Assembly (NCBI GenBank): GCA_040954595.2
Contig: CM082577.2
Location: 1,178,001-1,242,000 of the forward strand
Source of the DNA: Balanoglossus misakiensis
Taxonomy: Eukaryota > Animalia > Hemichordata
DNA: 64,000 nt
Reading direction: 5' to 3'
The notes beneath the pieces were generated by a model. It ran no database searches. It was not told where the DNA came from and saw only the letters and a program-made list of their open reading frames with translations. The position numbers and the translations under genes were made by a program. Of the stretch, positions 25,590 through 38,230 are shown piece after piece (the first letter of the stretch is position 1; every line of letters starts with the position of its first letter).

Positions 25590-26756
25590 TTTTGTTTTCA
25601 TTTTGTCATTTTGCGTCGTTTTCTTGTTGAATGATTGCATGTCATTCCTAAAAGACACCATTCATGTAACTGACGCAGATGTAACTGACGATGTAATACT
25701 TGAGAGTGGATTGGATATAATAATAATGGTAGAAATATCATCCACACGGTTTGACTGACAGAAACAAAAAAAGAAGCGCTTTGCACCAGAGATGGCTACA
25801 AAGAGCAAAGTCAACTGCAACTCTCACCTATATCCAACTTTATCTCATCCGAACCAACTACCAGTAATGCCCATAGGCCCTATATCCCTGAAGGAATCAC
25901 GTGTGTTTCTCACTCAACCTCCACTGGGAAAAGTTGGCATTACACTTACAGCGTAACCTTGACATTCATGAATTCTCCGCGACTGTAAAATAACTGAAGC
26001 ATTCCCCGTAAGGCTATCACTAAAGAATTCATGATTGAATCTGCGACCTCTGACTCCGACAACTGTTCATGTTAAAACCATGAAAGCCTCCCGTGAAGAT
26101 GTTAAATTCCCCCGAGTGTGAAACTGTGAGACGGTCATCATTTCAACACTTTAAACAAAGCGATCTAGAATTATCACATATCGCGTTATTCTAAATTTAC
26201 AGATATAAACTAACTTTAACATGTGACATACTGCGTCAATACAAAACAAAACGCGTGCTAGCATAATTAACCAAATTATTTCAATAATTTGTACGCGTTG
26301 ATTTTTGGCATTGAATGTTGTGTCACTAATTTTTCGGGAGATGGCATGTGATCGGCGCATTCAAAGCTTATTTCCTTAACAATTACGAATATTAACATCA
26401 TTCTTCGGTTAAATTTGAATGTAGCATCGACTGCCATAGCTTGTCACCAAAATAGAAACAGAGTTTGGACTCAATAACTTTGACATTTCATTTTATCATT
26501 AACTTTTCGCCCAAAGCAAAAAGCAAATTTCCTATCTTTAAGTCAGGTGTTCTGATACGTAGTTACGGCTCCCATCAGGTTTGGGCGTGCCCCGTTACCA
26601 TAGATACCCTAGAAAATCTACCCTGTAACGGACGAAAGTTCTCCCTTTTTACTTAGAAGGTCGGATGATGAATATCACCCTGGTCGCAGGGAATAACTGT
26701 CATATGTTAAAAGCAAAAAGCATAACAACTGTCCAGCTGGCATCCATCTCGTGGAC
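25590..26756 (-). pseudogene. Possible decayed multi-exon gene (signal-peptide-like exon, FN3-like exon, hydrophobic/basic exon)
   Basis: Splice-like signals on - strand: donor G|GTGAGA at 25828 and acceptor ctttttttgtttctgtcAG at 25755. Fragments MDASWTVVMLFAF, NASVILQSRRIHECQGYAVSVMPTFPSG and GSDEIKLDI are interrupted by stops and frameshifts. Confidence 0.25.
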
Positions 26757-27119
26757 CTGTAGTGACCACCCGCCAATTTCATGCAACGTAAAACTGCACA
26801 TTGTCGGCATGTTTACGTACCAACACCCCGTTCCCTTCGTCATGTTTCAAGTTTCCGCGTCAGAGATCATCACTAAAACTACTCAAGACCACTGCCCGCT
26901 TGTTTTCTTAGCAACTCCGTCTTGGTTTTCTCTTTCCTATGGCAAGTCGTCTTGATGAAGGGACATTTGCTGTAACATGCTAAATGCCGTTTAATGCAGT
27001 TTGTTTTGATTACTTTGAGATGTTTGAGTTTATCATTCTTCAGGAACGAAACATCATGATTGTCAGCTGACATATAGTTTGAAGTCACGTGAGAACTTTT
27101 CTGGCATTGGTTCAATCTA

Positions 27120-27172
27120 TTACCATCACCATCATCGTCATCACCATCGTCACCACCACCATCACCACCGTC
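27120..27172. repeat. Degenerate (CAC/CAT)n trinucleotide repeat
   Basis: Directly visible. Confidence 0.8.
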
Positions 27173-29376
27173 GACATATTTTGTAAGACACTGTCTGCTG
27201 CCGCTGTCTTCAGATTAGATCACTCCTTTCCATTATCACACTGCAAACATAATGTGAAAAATCCTCCTATTCCAAACCCAAAATCGGTCATGTTGTTTTT
27301 GCCCACAGATCACCTGTCACCACACACGTCACACGGATAATACATTTCTTACTAGTTTGCGCACGCTCATCAATTTCACTGCAAATACCATAATCTGTAC
27401 TTGAACTTTCTGTCTATATCGGATAAAATTACCTTATTAACTGGAAACCGATGTTTACTTAACTGCTTCTAATATTTTTTCCCTGACCTTAATTTTAATT
27501 TCCAACTGATTGGAGCGTTTTGTTTTTCATCGATTTCTTATCTGGAAGTACGATCGAGTGTTGTTACACAAAGTGCAAAGAACTGTTGGTTGCACTCGAC
27601 CTTGCAATCCAATCCCTCCAATGCGTATGGGCCCACTACCATTGAACAGTCCTTTTGTAGATAACTGTTTGATTTCATTTTTTTCATAATTTGTATTCGA
27701 GGAAAAATACAAATATGTATGCATTATGATGGAAGTATTCATACAAGAAACATGTACTACATGTATGAAGATTAATTTCCGCTTGAAAACTGCAATTTAT
27801 ATGGGTTTTCAGTTAGTAAACCTACGTGTGATCAAAATAACAAGTGTTTCTAAACCATCTTGTAACACCACGGGCACTTCTGATCCGGGTTCTGTAACAA
27901 GCCTGTCAATCATAGAAACTTTTTTTCTGGCGTTTAGGAGTACGATCATTCATCTGTGGTGTTGGGTTACATACCCGTCCCAGTTAACTGAACAGAAGCA
28001 ATCAAGCGCGAAATTGCTTATGATATTAATATATGTGTTATGATTAAACATACTCAATTAATATGGCTGCAACTTCAGCATACACTTGCAACAGAATTTC
28101 TAGTACTGTTAAAAAATTATGATGGAAGTATTCATGTATAATGTCCATATATGTATCCGTTCGTCCGTCCGTCCGTCTGCCAACCAGGTCTTGCGACGGG
28201 TGCCCGTCTGTGTGTTTTCATATTTACATATTTGTGCATCTTTTAATTTGCCTTCTGTGTCTCTTCAGTTGACATGCCTCAATAGAGGCATGTCATGTTT
28301 GTCAATTTTTGCCGCATGCCTGCCTGTCTGCTTTCCATAGAAAAAAAAAACCGCACACATAAATTTAAACTTCATCTTGCCCTTCATGCAAGAATGTGCC
28401 AAACGTCGCTAAGTGTCAATCATGAACTGATTACTCAGTCGGCAGGCATAACATTTTCTGCATTTTATCTAAACGAGTGTGAAGGAGCTGTCCGTTTGAA
28501 AGGAAAGGCAATTCACGAATGAATAAACCTGGTGTCGTGGCATTTCACTGAGATTGACTTGGTAATATAAGAAGCAAACAGGACTTTCAAAAATGTATCT
28601 TCACTTTATAAAAATGATGCCAGTGTCACTTGTGCTATTGCCCCGTGTTGAACAATATTAACAACCGATAAATTGGATTTCTCAAGCTTGAACAGATTGA
28701 GAATATCCAATAGATTGACGACTGACTTGTCGTGGTTGACAGGAAAATCGTGCGCGCTGTCACGATTTGACCGTAATATTTGAAGACAGTTTAGTACGGT
28801 CAATGCCTTAGTGTTTAAAAGACACACAGGCCGTATCTGTACTCGCAGTACTGCGTTGGTGAAAAAATGCTGACTTGGCACTTTTTCAGTCGCCTGCTAA
28901 ATGTATACTGATTTATATCAGTAACACACAACTTGCCGATTTTGATACAGATTGTAAAATGTATGAAGTTACAGCGACGTGTACGTCTAGTATCTAGCCT
29001 TAGGTACTAGACTAGTTCTTGATCGACTCTGAGCTGAGTTACATGTATAATCAGAAGTGAGTGGCACCACTTGTAAAATATGAGCTGTCACCTATGGAGC
29101 ACGCATGTTACTTGTCAATCATTCTAATCACCCATGGCTATCTGAATGCCTGCTTATGGCATTAATTGGTAGATACGATCTAAAACAAATAAGCACGAGC
29201 CACGTTCAGTTAGGTTTGCATGGATACAATCCAATGGAGCGTTTAAGCAGCCGCTATGACACGGCCCATTTGATTGACAGTTGACAGCTCGAATTAATCT
29301 TCATCCCTTTTGGACCAAATGCTTCCAAGGACTTCAACGATAACTCTCCATGTGATGTATGCCGTGATGTGATGTA

Positions 29377-29415
29377 TACACACACATACATACATACATA
29401 CATACATACACACAT

Positions 29416-29448
<33 letters not shown>

Positions 29449-29483
29449 GACACACACACACACACATACATACACACACACAT

Positions 29484-29518
<35 letters not shown>

Positions 29519-29520
29519 CA
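29377..29520. repeat. Compound microsatellite (CATA)n/(CA)n/(GACA)n
   Basis: Directly visible; explains the low-complexity ORFs at 29254-29603. Confidence 0.95.
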
Positions 29521-31774
29521 AACGTCTGCCTACCTGCTTCGGATTTTCCCCTAGAGGACGTTGACCCAGCGCTATTGCCTACAAATCCGCTCAGGAAATG
29601 CATCTTTCAATTCAAACATCTTGTCTGTGATGTACAGTTTAATAGCATAAAACGGGTCTGGTGACAATAACACTCTTTAGACGTGAAAGAAACAAAACAA
29701 TTCAGAAAATGTATTTAAACGGAAGGAAGGTCAACTAGGCACACACCTTCATTGTTAGCTTGAAGGAACCATTATGAAGCACGTCTGATAGAGGAATAAA
29801 AGTTAAAAGGATTTCGATTAATCAGCGCAATTTGGCCCAAACAGGAAAGTATCTATAGTCTTATTCAGCGTCGGCTTTACCATATGAAGAATTTATGGCT
29901 GACGGCTAGGGGATTGACAGCTGTTCAGAATCTGAAATCGACCGAAAAAGCTGGAAGTAAACAGACTGGCCTGGATAAGTCTGTTGTTAATCAAGGAGCG
30001 ATAGTTTGCAAAAACTCACACCTGTTCGATATAGTTTTATTCGGTCGGCTATTTTCGGCACGCGTTCGGCCGTAGTTTTGTTAGATTATGCCCCCTTCGT
30101 GCAGAATGCGTATCTACAAATCATAATGACACAAGAATCCAAGCATATACAATACACATCGGGTTATTCTTGGGGTGTTATAACATATCAGCTGAGCTTT
30201 GCGAAATGTATGGTACATCAGAGATGTGTTGCTATAGAGCCTACTACGTCATCGTGCTAAGACACGTTCTACAATGGGGACACTGTCGTTCATGAACGGA
30301 GTGGGAATTTCAGCAAATATGTATGTCAAACATATCTCTGTCATTAAACAGGGCATTTCGGTCATCTCACGCCACTGCTAATGGGGATGCTTCACCCGAT
30401 GTGCTGCGCGTGATTGAGTCCACGTCTGTAGTCGCGTGACGACAGACAAACACCGTTATAATAAAATGTGCGCGGAATACTGGGAGCTTGACAAACTTGT
30501 TGGGGGTCATTCCTGAGATTATTTCCGCTATTCAGGAGAGTAATTTTGTTATTAAACACTTTTCATCAGATATTTCCTATTCTAATAAACTCACAGCATC
30601 TAACATTTTAAAAATGAAAAAAGTACACTGAACACTTGGTTTTACCACCCATACCTGTACTGTATACATGTACGCAGCTTCAGAATTTTGAGGGGAGGGC
30701 TCGTTTCACGCTGTTTAATGTTAAGACACTTTGTGAACCACAGAAACACCTGATGTGACGTCACACACACGAAACGTCCCTGACTCCGATACGAGTCGGG
30801 CGAACAACTCGAGGTTTACGATGCCAATATATTTAAAGTCTGATTGTGAACAAGACAGTTTAAACCCCCCGCATATCCCACATATACTTTCCAGATGCCT
30901 CTTGGAAGATATGAAGACGGCCTTCGCGATATCCAACATCTTTTATGGAGTGACTAACAGATTTATCATGCATGTGTTGGGTTTCATTGATTAACGAATC
31001 AGTTTCCCAAAAGTGCCGATACTTCATTACGTGAAGTTTCCCTTCACATCATGTCACTGAAAACCCCAACGCGAGTTCAGATCTGTCAGGACTACTGTAT
31101 TTCGCCGCTACAGTTTTGTTCTGTTTATAGACTGCAGATTCTAGTTCTTTCTTGGGTATATTCTGTTGTCGCCGTGTCGATACAACCTGTACAACTGATG
31201 ATGTCATAATTGTCCGCTCGGACGACTGCTTGTCTGAAGTCACATACTGAACATGCGCCGTCGCATGTTTTGTGGAGTAGAACAAGAAACCACAGACGTT
31301 TTTCTGACACGTCCAAGTGTACTTCACTGCGAAATTTAGGGCTATTAACACATGGAAGTGCTTTCAGTCACATTGAAAGTCTTTCAGCACAACTAGGGGA
31401 CCGACTTGTCTTCATGTCGGTGCAAAGGTTATCGCTGGCTCTTCCGTTTACACCACGTCCTGTTTTCCGTCATGTTGTTGTTGTTTTCACTCGGATAAAA
31501 ACTCAACCGATTTACGTCATTGGAGCTTCTCACGTAGTAGGTTATTATCCAATGAAGGGAAAAGAAAACGATAAAATGTTTACAACCAATTTTTCTGCAT
31601 TGTGAAATTTTTATTAGACAATAAAAGCATTTCAGTAAAGTATTTCAGTATCCCTTCATGTATAGGAGCGAAGGAAGTCGGTCGGGTCTACTTTAGTCTT
31701 TAGATTTAATACTGGGCAAGGTAAACTAAAATATGCCAATATTTGCCAATGAATACAAACATAACCATCCAGCC

Positions 31775-31821
31775 AACAAAACAAGCAAGCAAGCAAACAA
31801 ACAAACAAACAAACAAACAAA
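31775..31821. repeat. (AAGC)n/(AAAC)n microsatellite
   Basis: Directly visible. Confidence 0.85.
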
Positions 31822-32799
31822 ATGATGAAACTAGATCGTTCGTACACTACATGCGGAGAATCATGAGAGCCTCGTGGACCGCTGTGTTGTGCTCTAGATT
31901 TTGTCACTTTGTGACGACAACTTCTCGGAGAGCAACGCCCTTTGGTGCCCTTCTCACAAAATTCAGGCCACTTTTGGACGATGTGTACAGAGAGAACACA
32001 TGTACACGTGCCTTTCTCGTCGTTCGATGATTTACACTGCACGGGTCAAAAGAGACAAGCTATTCGGATTAGGATTCCAGCGGGAAACCGCTTCCAGATT
32101 CGGCACGTGTTGGTTCCACACTGTCGGCAGTTTACGAACCATTTTATTGGTCACGGAGCCCGGCAGGGACTGGCAGATGATAAGTTCATGCATTCTATCC
32201 GCCCAGGCCAATGTCGTTGCCATTGCACGTGGTTTGTGTCTACGGACCCCGATTTATTGCCGGTAACAGAAGCGAAAGCAATAACAGATGTAGAATTTAC
32301 GGCCGGTGTGGTTTTTAGAAAACACTGAAGTCTACACTATTTAAATAAATCACAAAACGTAAACAAAATGTGTAGTACAGTAAACTTGAACATTGTCCGC
32401 TGAACGTTTTTGAAAGTTGAATTCTGTTCAACAAAATATGCATTCTTTTTCAAAGTCGTGTATCTGGTGACATTGAAGCTCCAGACCGGAAATAGTCACC
32501 TTTGACGAGAAAGTCTGTTAACATCTGACAAAGGAAGTCAAACAAGTGTAAAGTTTTATAATTTTAAATATTTAGACAATCTATAAATAAAGACTTCGAA
32601 CAAGTAAAGTAACAAAATTTGACTTCGTATTTTCAGAAACTATTGCACATCGCATGTACTGCTTTGTTTTCGTAGCGGTTTTAAAACAAGGATTTTGGTT
32701 TATACATTTTAAATTGAGCAGCAAAATAAAATATTCTACAATTCGAATAAGTCGGGTACTTTAGTGCTCGAGAGATCAACAATAAAATTTTATGAGGTA

Positions 32800-32891
32800 T
32801 AGAGCGAAAGGGGGAGAGAGAAAGAGAGAGGGGGAGAGAAAGGCGAGAGAGAGTGAGATGGAGAGAGAGAGGGGGGAGAGAGAAAGAGAGA
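32800..32891. repeat. Purine-rich degenerate (GA)n tract
   Basis: Directly visible. Confidence 0.85.
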
Positions 32892-33777
32892 TGGTGTATT
32901 TTTCTCCTTGCGAACTGAATTTGAAGTATTCAAAGATTTTAACGTTAACCTTATTAGCAGAAATATACTTATTTTCTTCAGGATGTTTTCTTCTGACTTG
33001 AATAAAATTCCAAGTAACCTTTCTCTTTCTTGGTAAATTGTAATAGAAGAATTGATAAACTCCGCATATCTATTTCGCCATCTTCTCTTCCGTCATAGTA
33101 AAGAATACACATTTTCCATTCGTTGATTGTCAGGGTGTCTGTATTTGGAGCCGGTGTGGAAAAAAAACCCTAACGAGGATTTCTCTTCACTACCGTGTCC
33201 AACGTCATTCTCTGCCAGCGGATGACGTCTACAAACCGGAATAAGCTAGCCGTGTAAGGGATGCCGACAACTATGAGAGAGGGGGGTGTATTTTTTTTAC
33301 CAGATTTGATAAGTTCTAATGTTTGTAAACCATATCGCATAACGCTCAAATTTTGAAACATAAAAATAGTTTTCTTATTAAAATGAATATATTGTAGTCT
33401 TGTTGGCTTCAGACAGTTAAAGATGCCACGCCACTTTACATTGCAAACTTACCACCCCTTTTTGCAAATGGTATTGTCTCCATTCTTGCGGTTAGCCGTT
33501 GTTTAAAACTTACTTGACGGGCCATCAAGTCCATAAAGAGTGCTTCAGATAATCAAGAAAACTTCAGATGCAGTTTTTAACTCGAACACGTTGATCGAGA
33601 ACGTCCGTTCACATCCTTCCGAGCGTTGCCAATCAGAAGTGGTACTGTAACAGTGGCGTCTTTAACCAAAGTCTGAGTCGACATCCCTCCTTTCAAGTTG
33701 TGGAGGAAGATCAAGACGGTTCTGCACATCTGAAAGAACACGTTGACATTGTTAGAATTCACAAATAATTTAAAAAA

Positions 33778-36700
33778 ATGAAACTCCTGGCAGTGTTGTT
33801 GCTGTTTTTCTCTCTCTGTTGTTCCGCCTTCGCTGCAATCGCATACGACGATTTTGAAGGTAAGTTGAAGTTCATCTTCAAGTTCACGTCAGAACAGTTA
33901 CAGATTTATTGTTCAAAATTACAAAACGTAAACTCTTGATGAAAATGGCATTTTTGCGCCTGACGAGATTTAGTACCGATGATTGACAAAACTTGCAATA
34001 ACTTTAACTTTCCTTGCAGTCATGAATTGTGAATTGTAAACAAAGTTCCTGCAACTCCGCACTTTCTTTGAGGCTCTCAAAGCAGTATTTCAATGCAACA
34101 AACAGTTTGTTGGGGCTTTCAACCAGTTTAACCCACTCAGAGTTCGGTCACAACCCTTTTACCTTGCTTTCTAACCTCTTCCTGTAATAACGTAACCGCT
34201 GCCTAATGACCTCTCTTGAAAAAAAGATTCCGGCGAAACTCATTCATTCTTATTCCCTTTTGCCATGGGTTTAACTCACAATTACAAAACAATCCAACTT
34301 TCCCCAGTTAGGGAATTATTTGTGATCTTTATGGAAAAAACTTCATTTGACAGCAGATTGGAGTTATCATTGATTTAATTTGGCTGTCGTCGACACAGCC
34401 TTAGAAAAAGAATCTCGCACAGTTTATCAGTCTGATTCAGATTACAAAGGTACTAACTAACGTTGCCAAGCGACTATCATAACGTACCCATCAACATCAA
34501 CATGTATCAGGCAAAAAACTCTCCGCCTCAGCACTGTTTTCGATTGGACAGGAGAGGTCTTGCATCTGCAGACCAGATGTTAATCACACCCGGTGCAGCT
34601 TCAAAGCTCATGGACAAAGTTAATAACCTTGGCGCTGCGGCACGCATGCTTCTCCGAAAATCTTCGAAAAGTCGAAATTTTCCTCTCGTCGGTTTAAATG
34701 ACCGAGAGAAAGAAATCATTGAAAGATTGGGCCGGTTAAAGTTTTTCCTCTCTCAATGATGTAACAAAAGTAGAGTACAGCAATACTCTATCTCAACAAG
34801 TCAACAAAAGACATTTGGAAAGACAGAACTGTGTTCGGAATGTTTCAGCCAGAAACGAAATCTAGAGTCGAACGACACCTGATAGTGCTCCGGATAACAA
34901 AAGCTGGCCTCAAGCTGTAAGCTGATGTCAAACTTAGGAGGTGACACAATGTTGTATGGCGTGGCACATGTCAAACTCGCTGACACCGCATATCAACAGC
35001 AGGGGGTATTAGCAAATCCTCGCCACTTTTCAACGCATGCACTTAAACAATCTCTATGAGTTAAGCCGTGTCGTTCGTTTAATGAACCGTGACATGACTG
35101 ACAGACTGGAGATACGACACTTTTAAGTGTTGATAAACTCCTTCGGCCGGGCCGACGGACAGCGCCCTCTTTCGGTGTAAAGAAAAGTGGCATCATTATT
35201 AAATCGTGTTGACAGGCCTACCTTCACTATTTTAATGGATTTCATAGCGTAAATTCAGTGATTATATTTTAAAAACTCAGTTGTTTTATTTGGTATGCTT
35301 TTATTGCGCTTCATTGTGCTTGCAGCCTTCTTAGCATAGAAACATTACCAAATTCATTGGCTGTATATGGAGTCGCTTAAAATTTTGTTCAAAAAGACAG
35401 TTCGAGAGGCTCCAAGCTGCCCCATCTCACCAATGATACATTGCAACAACACTACCCAACTTGTGTATTATAAATGTTATGACAGAAAGGGCGAAGTCAG
35501 TGGTTTGCCTTTTAAAAAAAGTATTTAATGGCTATTCGCTATACTAACAAAATTAAGTTGCGGGTAAAAAAGGGATTCACAGGTCATAAAACAATGAATG
35601 CGAACCGAACTGAGCAACACACACAGCACTCCGTATACTCAGCTAGGACTCCAGTCGTGAAGCACACGAGCAGAAAATATGCAGTAAAGTCAAAGACTTC
35701 CGACGTACCGGAAAGTCTGGTTTCGGTCCGAGAGGTGTGTATGCACTCACAACTTCTGAAGTCCTTGAAGTCAAACAAAACGGCCTGCAAATGGTCCCAA
35801 ACAGCAGCATGGAGTCCCCAGCACTGAAGTTACCGGCACAGTGTCCAGCGAAAAAATAGCAACCTGACCACATGGTAGCATGTGTATTTATACATGTCAA
35901 TCAAATGAATATTCATCAACACCTGGTCACTCTAAACAAAAGAAATCTTACTAGCCAGTAAAGGTCACACTAAAATGACCTCATCATCACATAAACATTT
36001 CAGCTTGTAATGCTAAATATTCTGAACAATAATCTCGGAGGGTGTGTTAGTTCATTGCAATATTCAATTTATACCAACTTCTATCATCAGATCACCTGGC
36101 GATGATGAACAAGGAAAACGAAAGTGGAGAGGAGAGCCAGGCAAATTTCCACTCAAGCGAAAAAGTTGAAGAAGAAAGCAGCGGCGATGGTTTTATGGTG
36201 ACCACCACTGCGGACCCTCGTCCGATGTCGTGTTGCGATATCGGTCGCATTGCTGGCGTCGGCGGTTTTCACTGCAATCCAGAATACTACAAACCGCGGA
36301 TGCAAATGAGGTAGGTCTGACGTCATGACCTGGTGGATACTGGGTGCCCGTCCTTGTTTCCATAACAACATTTTTTTTTTACTCTCGCAGCAACTGCAAA
36401 CTCTTTGAAACTTTTCACTGTCTCTGGCTTTCCTTCTCCAGTTTGTCACACCCTCACATGATTGCAGGCATCATCTTGCGCAAATCACAATCTCCTTGCT
36501 TCCATATGATCCAGCTCTCTACCCCAACATTTCTTTCTCTCTTTCTATAAAATGGCAAATATCGCATCAAGTATGGCACGCTTCGCTATCTTTTTGGCTT
36601 CACTGCTTCCCAGTACACAACCTTTTTGAATCCCTAGGCTATTGCCCTTTTGTCTTCTCTTCCTGTTGCCATAGAGTCATAGCAGAGCGTATGCTCACTG

Positions 36701-37336
36701 CTTTGTGCGCTGTTTTCGATGTAACGTTGGGTGAAAGAGAAATCGAGATGACAGGGTCAGGTGACGGCAGCATTTCACTTCTCCGTGAGATAAACGATTT
36801 TCGTGCAAACGCGCCGCACAGGAGGTACGTTGAGCCGGACTCTTTGCAGAAAACAAAGAATAAAGTGTTTTCATAGTCAACAAATCACCGGAGAGGCACG
36901 TTTGTACATCCTTTTCGTGAGAGTGCGCCACCAGGCGAGTGTAACGCAATCATCTATTGTTTTTTTTTCTCTCTCTCTCACGTTTTCCCTCAGGAACATG
37001 AACCGGCCTCACAATATGAAACTAGGATTTCACGGAGGAGATGAGAGGGACCACAAATACAGCTTGGGTCTCATGAAGCAGTTCAGAAAATGCGTCGGAG
37101 GACTCAGCTCTCGTCTGGAGAACGAATTCCACAAATGTTGTAAATACGCGTACATCGGAAACCAGAGCGGCGGCGTCAGCTCATCTGAAGTGGACAGTTC
37201 GAGCAGGTCAAACGAAAAGAAAGAAATTGACTCCAGCAGCAGAGCTGCACGGAGGCGATACAAATACAAGTACCATCGTACCCATGGTGACCGGGAAGCG
37301 GAGACTAGCGAAGAGAAAACGACGGTTGCCCCTTGA
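33778..37336 (+). CDS. Secreted cysteine-rich protein B (214 aa), paralog of A; join(33778..33859,36091..36310,36994..37336)
   Basis: Exon 1 MKLLAVLLLFFSLCCSAFAAIAYDDFE ends G|GTAAGT (phase 1). Acceptor catcAG at 36090 is in phase. Exon 2 ends AG|GTAGGT (phase 2). A long polypyrimidine acceptor at 36993 is in phase. Total 645 nt. Core is CC-x12-C-x44-C-x14-CC. Confidence 0.85.
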
Positions 37337-38079
37337 CATTTCGGAAGCTCTGAAATAATCTGTTCTGATTTACATAATATTTGAACTTATTTCGAGCTCC
37401 CTTGAAAACACAGGCCCGGAAAACATACACTGGCATCAAACTTTTATATAAACGCTCCGAAATCCGGTTTTACCTTTTCCCAGTTCCCCCCCCCCACGTG
37501 ATTACTGAAATGTACAAATGTATCTTTTCATGGTTACTACTGAAACAAACAAAAAACAGCATTGGTTTCAACATCAGATGATGATGCTGTCCGTTTTGTG
37601 GAACCTGTCAGCCATCTCTCCATAATAAGAAATGTAAAAATAATAGAATCGTGTCGATATCGCTAAGTGTGTAAATATTGTAGATATAGAAATACTCTGC
37701 AAAAAGTTTGAACTATCATTCACTATTTATTCTCGATTGTAATTATCATTTACTTCTACTTTGCTTATACATTTATTGGCTATTAAAGCTTTTAGATCTG
37801 ATTTCAATTTGTATTTTATAAATGAGAGCACATGGAAAGAAGATATGGTGGTGATGTATCGAACAACCCATCGACTTCATGAAATAGTTAACATCTTTAT
37901 ACTGAAATTTGGAAATAAAGTGGAAATAATCTTGGGCGAGAACACTATGAATCAGCATAATCCACATGGCCTGATCTGCTGCCAAATGTTCAAATTTTTT
38001 ATACAACCAGGAATGCTTACGGGATATAGTCCCCTTCAAATGTTCCTTTTCAATCAACACACGTGCCCACATAAAGCAA

Positions 38080-38230
38080 TGGTGCTTTGCTCAAGGGCAC
38101 AACATTGCGGCCATGAAGTCACCATCCTCTGAATGAAAGTCCACGGCCACGTTCCGGGTCTCAAATCTACAAACCTCCGACCGCTTAACGGAGATTCTCG
38201 TACCCCTCACCACTTGTCCACGAAGCCTCC
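38080..38230 (-). mobile_element. Degenerate tRNA-derived (CORE-like) SINE fragment
   Basis: - strand reads GGAGGCTTCG-TGGACAAGTGG (A-box-like), then a degenerate B-box AGATTTGAGACCC, then GTTGTGCCCTTGAGCAAAGCAC resembling the CORE-SINE central motif. Confidence 0.5.

Noticed and set aside
29254-29603. Cys/Val/Tyr-rich and Thr/His-rich ORFs (also 47770-48009)
   Set aside because: Translations of microsatellites.
34463-34759. 98-aa ORF inside intron 1 of gene B
   Set aside because: Non-ATG start, no homology recognised, and not needed for phase continuity.
38080-38230. Functional tRNA gene
   Set aside because: The B-box is degenerate and there is no cloverleaf; it is followed by a SINE-like core, so it was called a SINE remnant.
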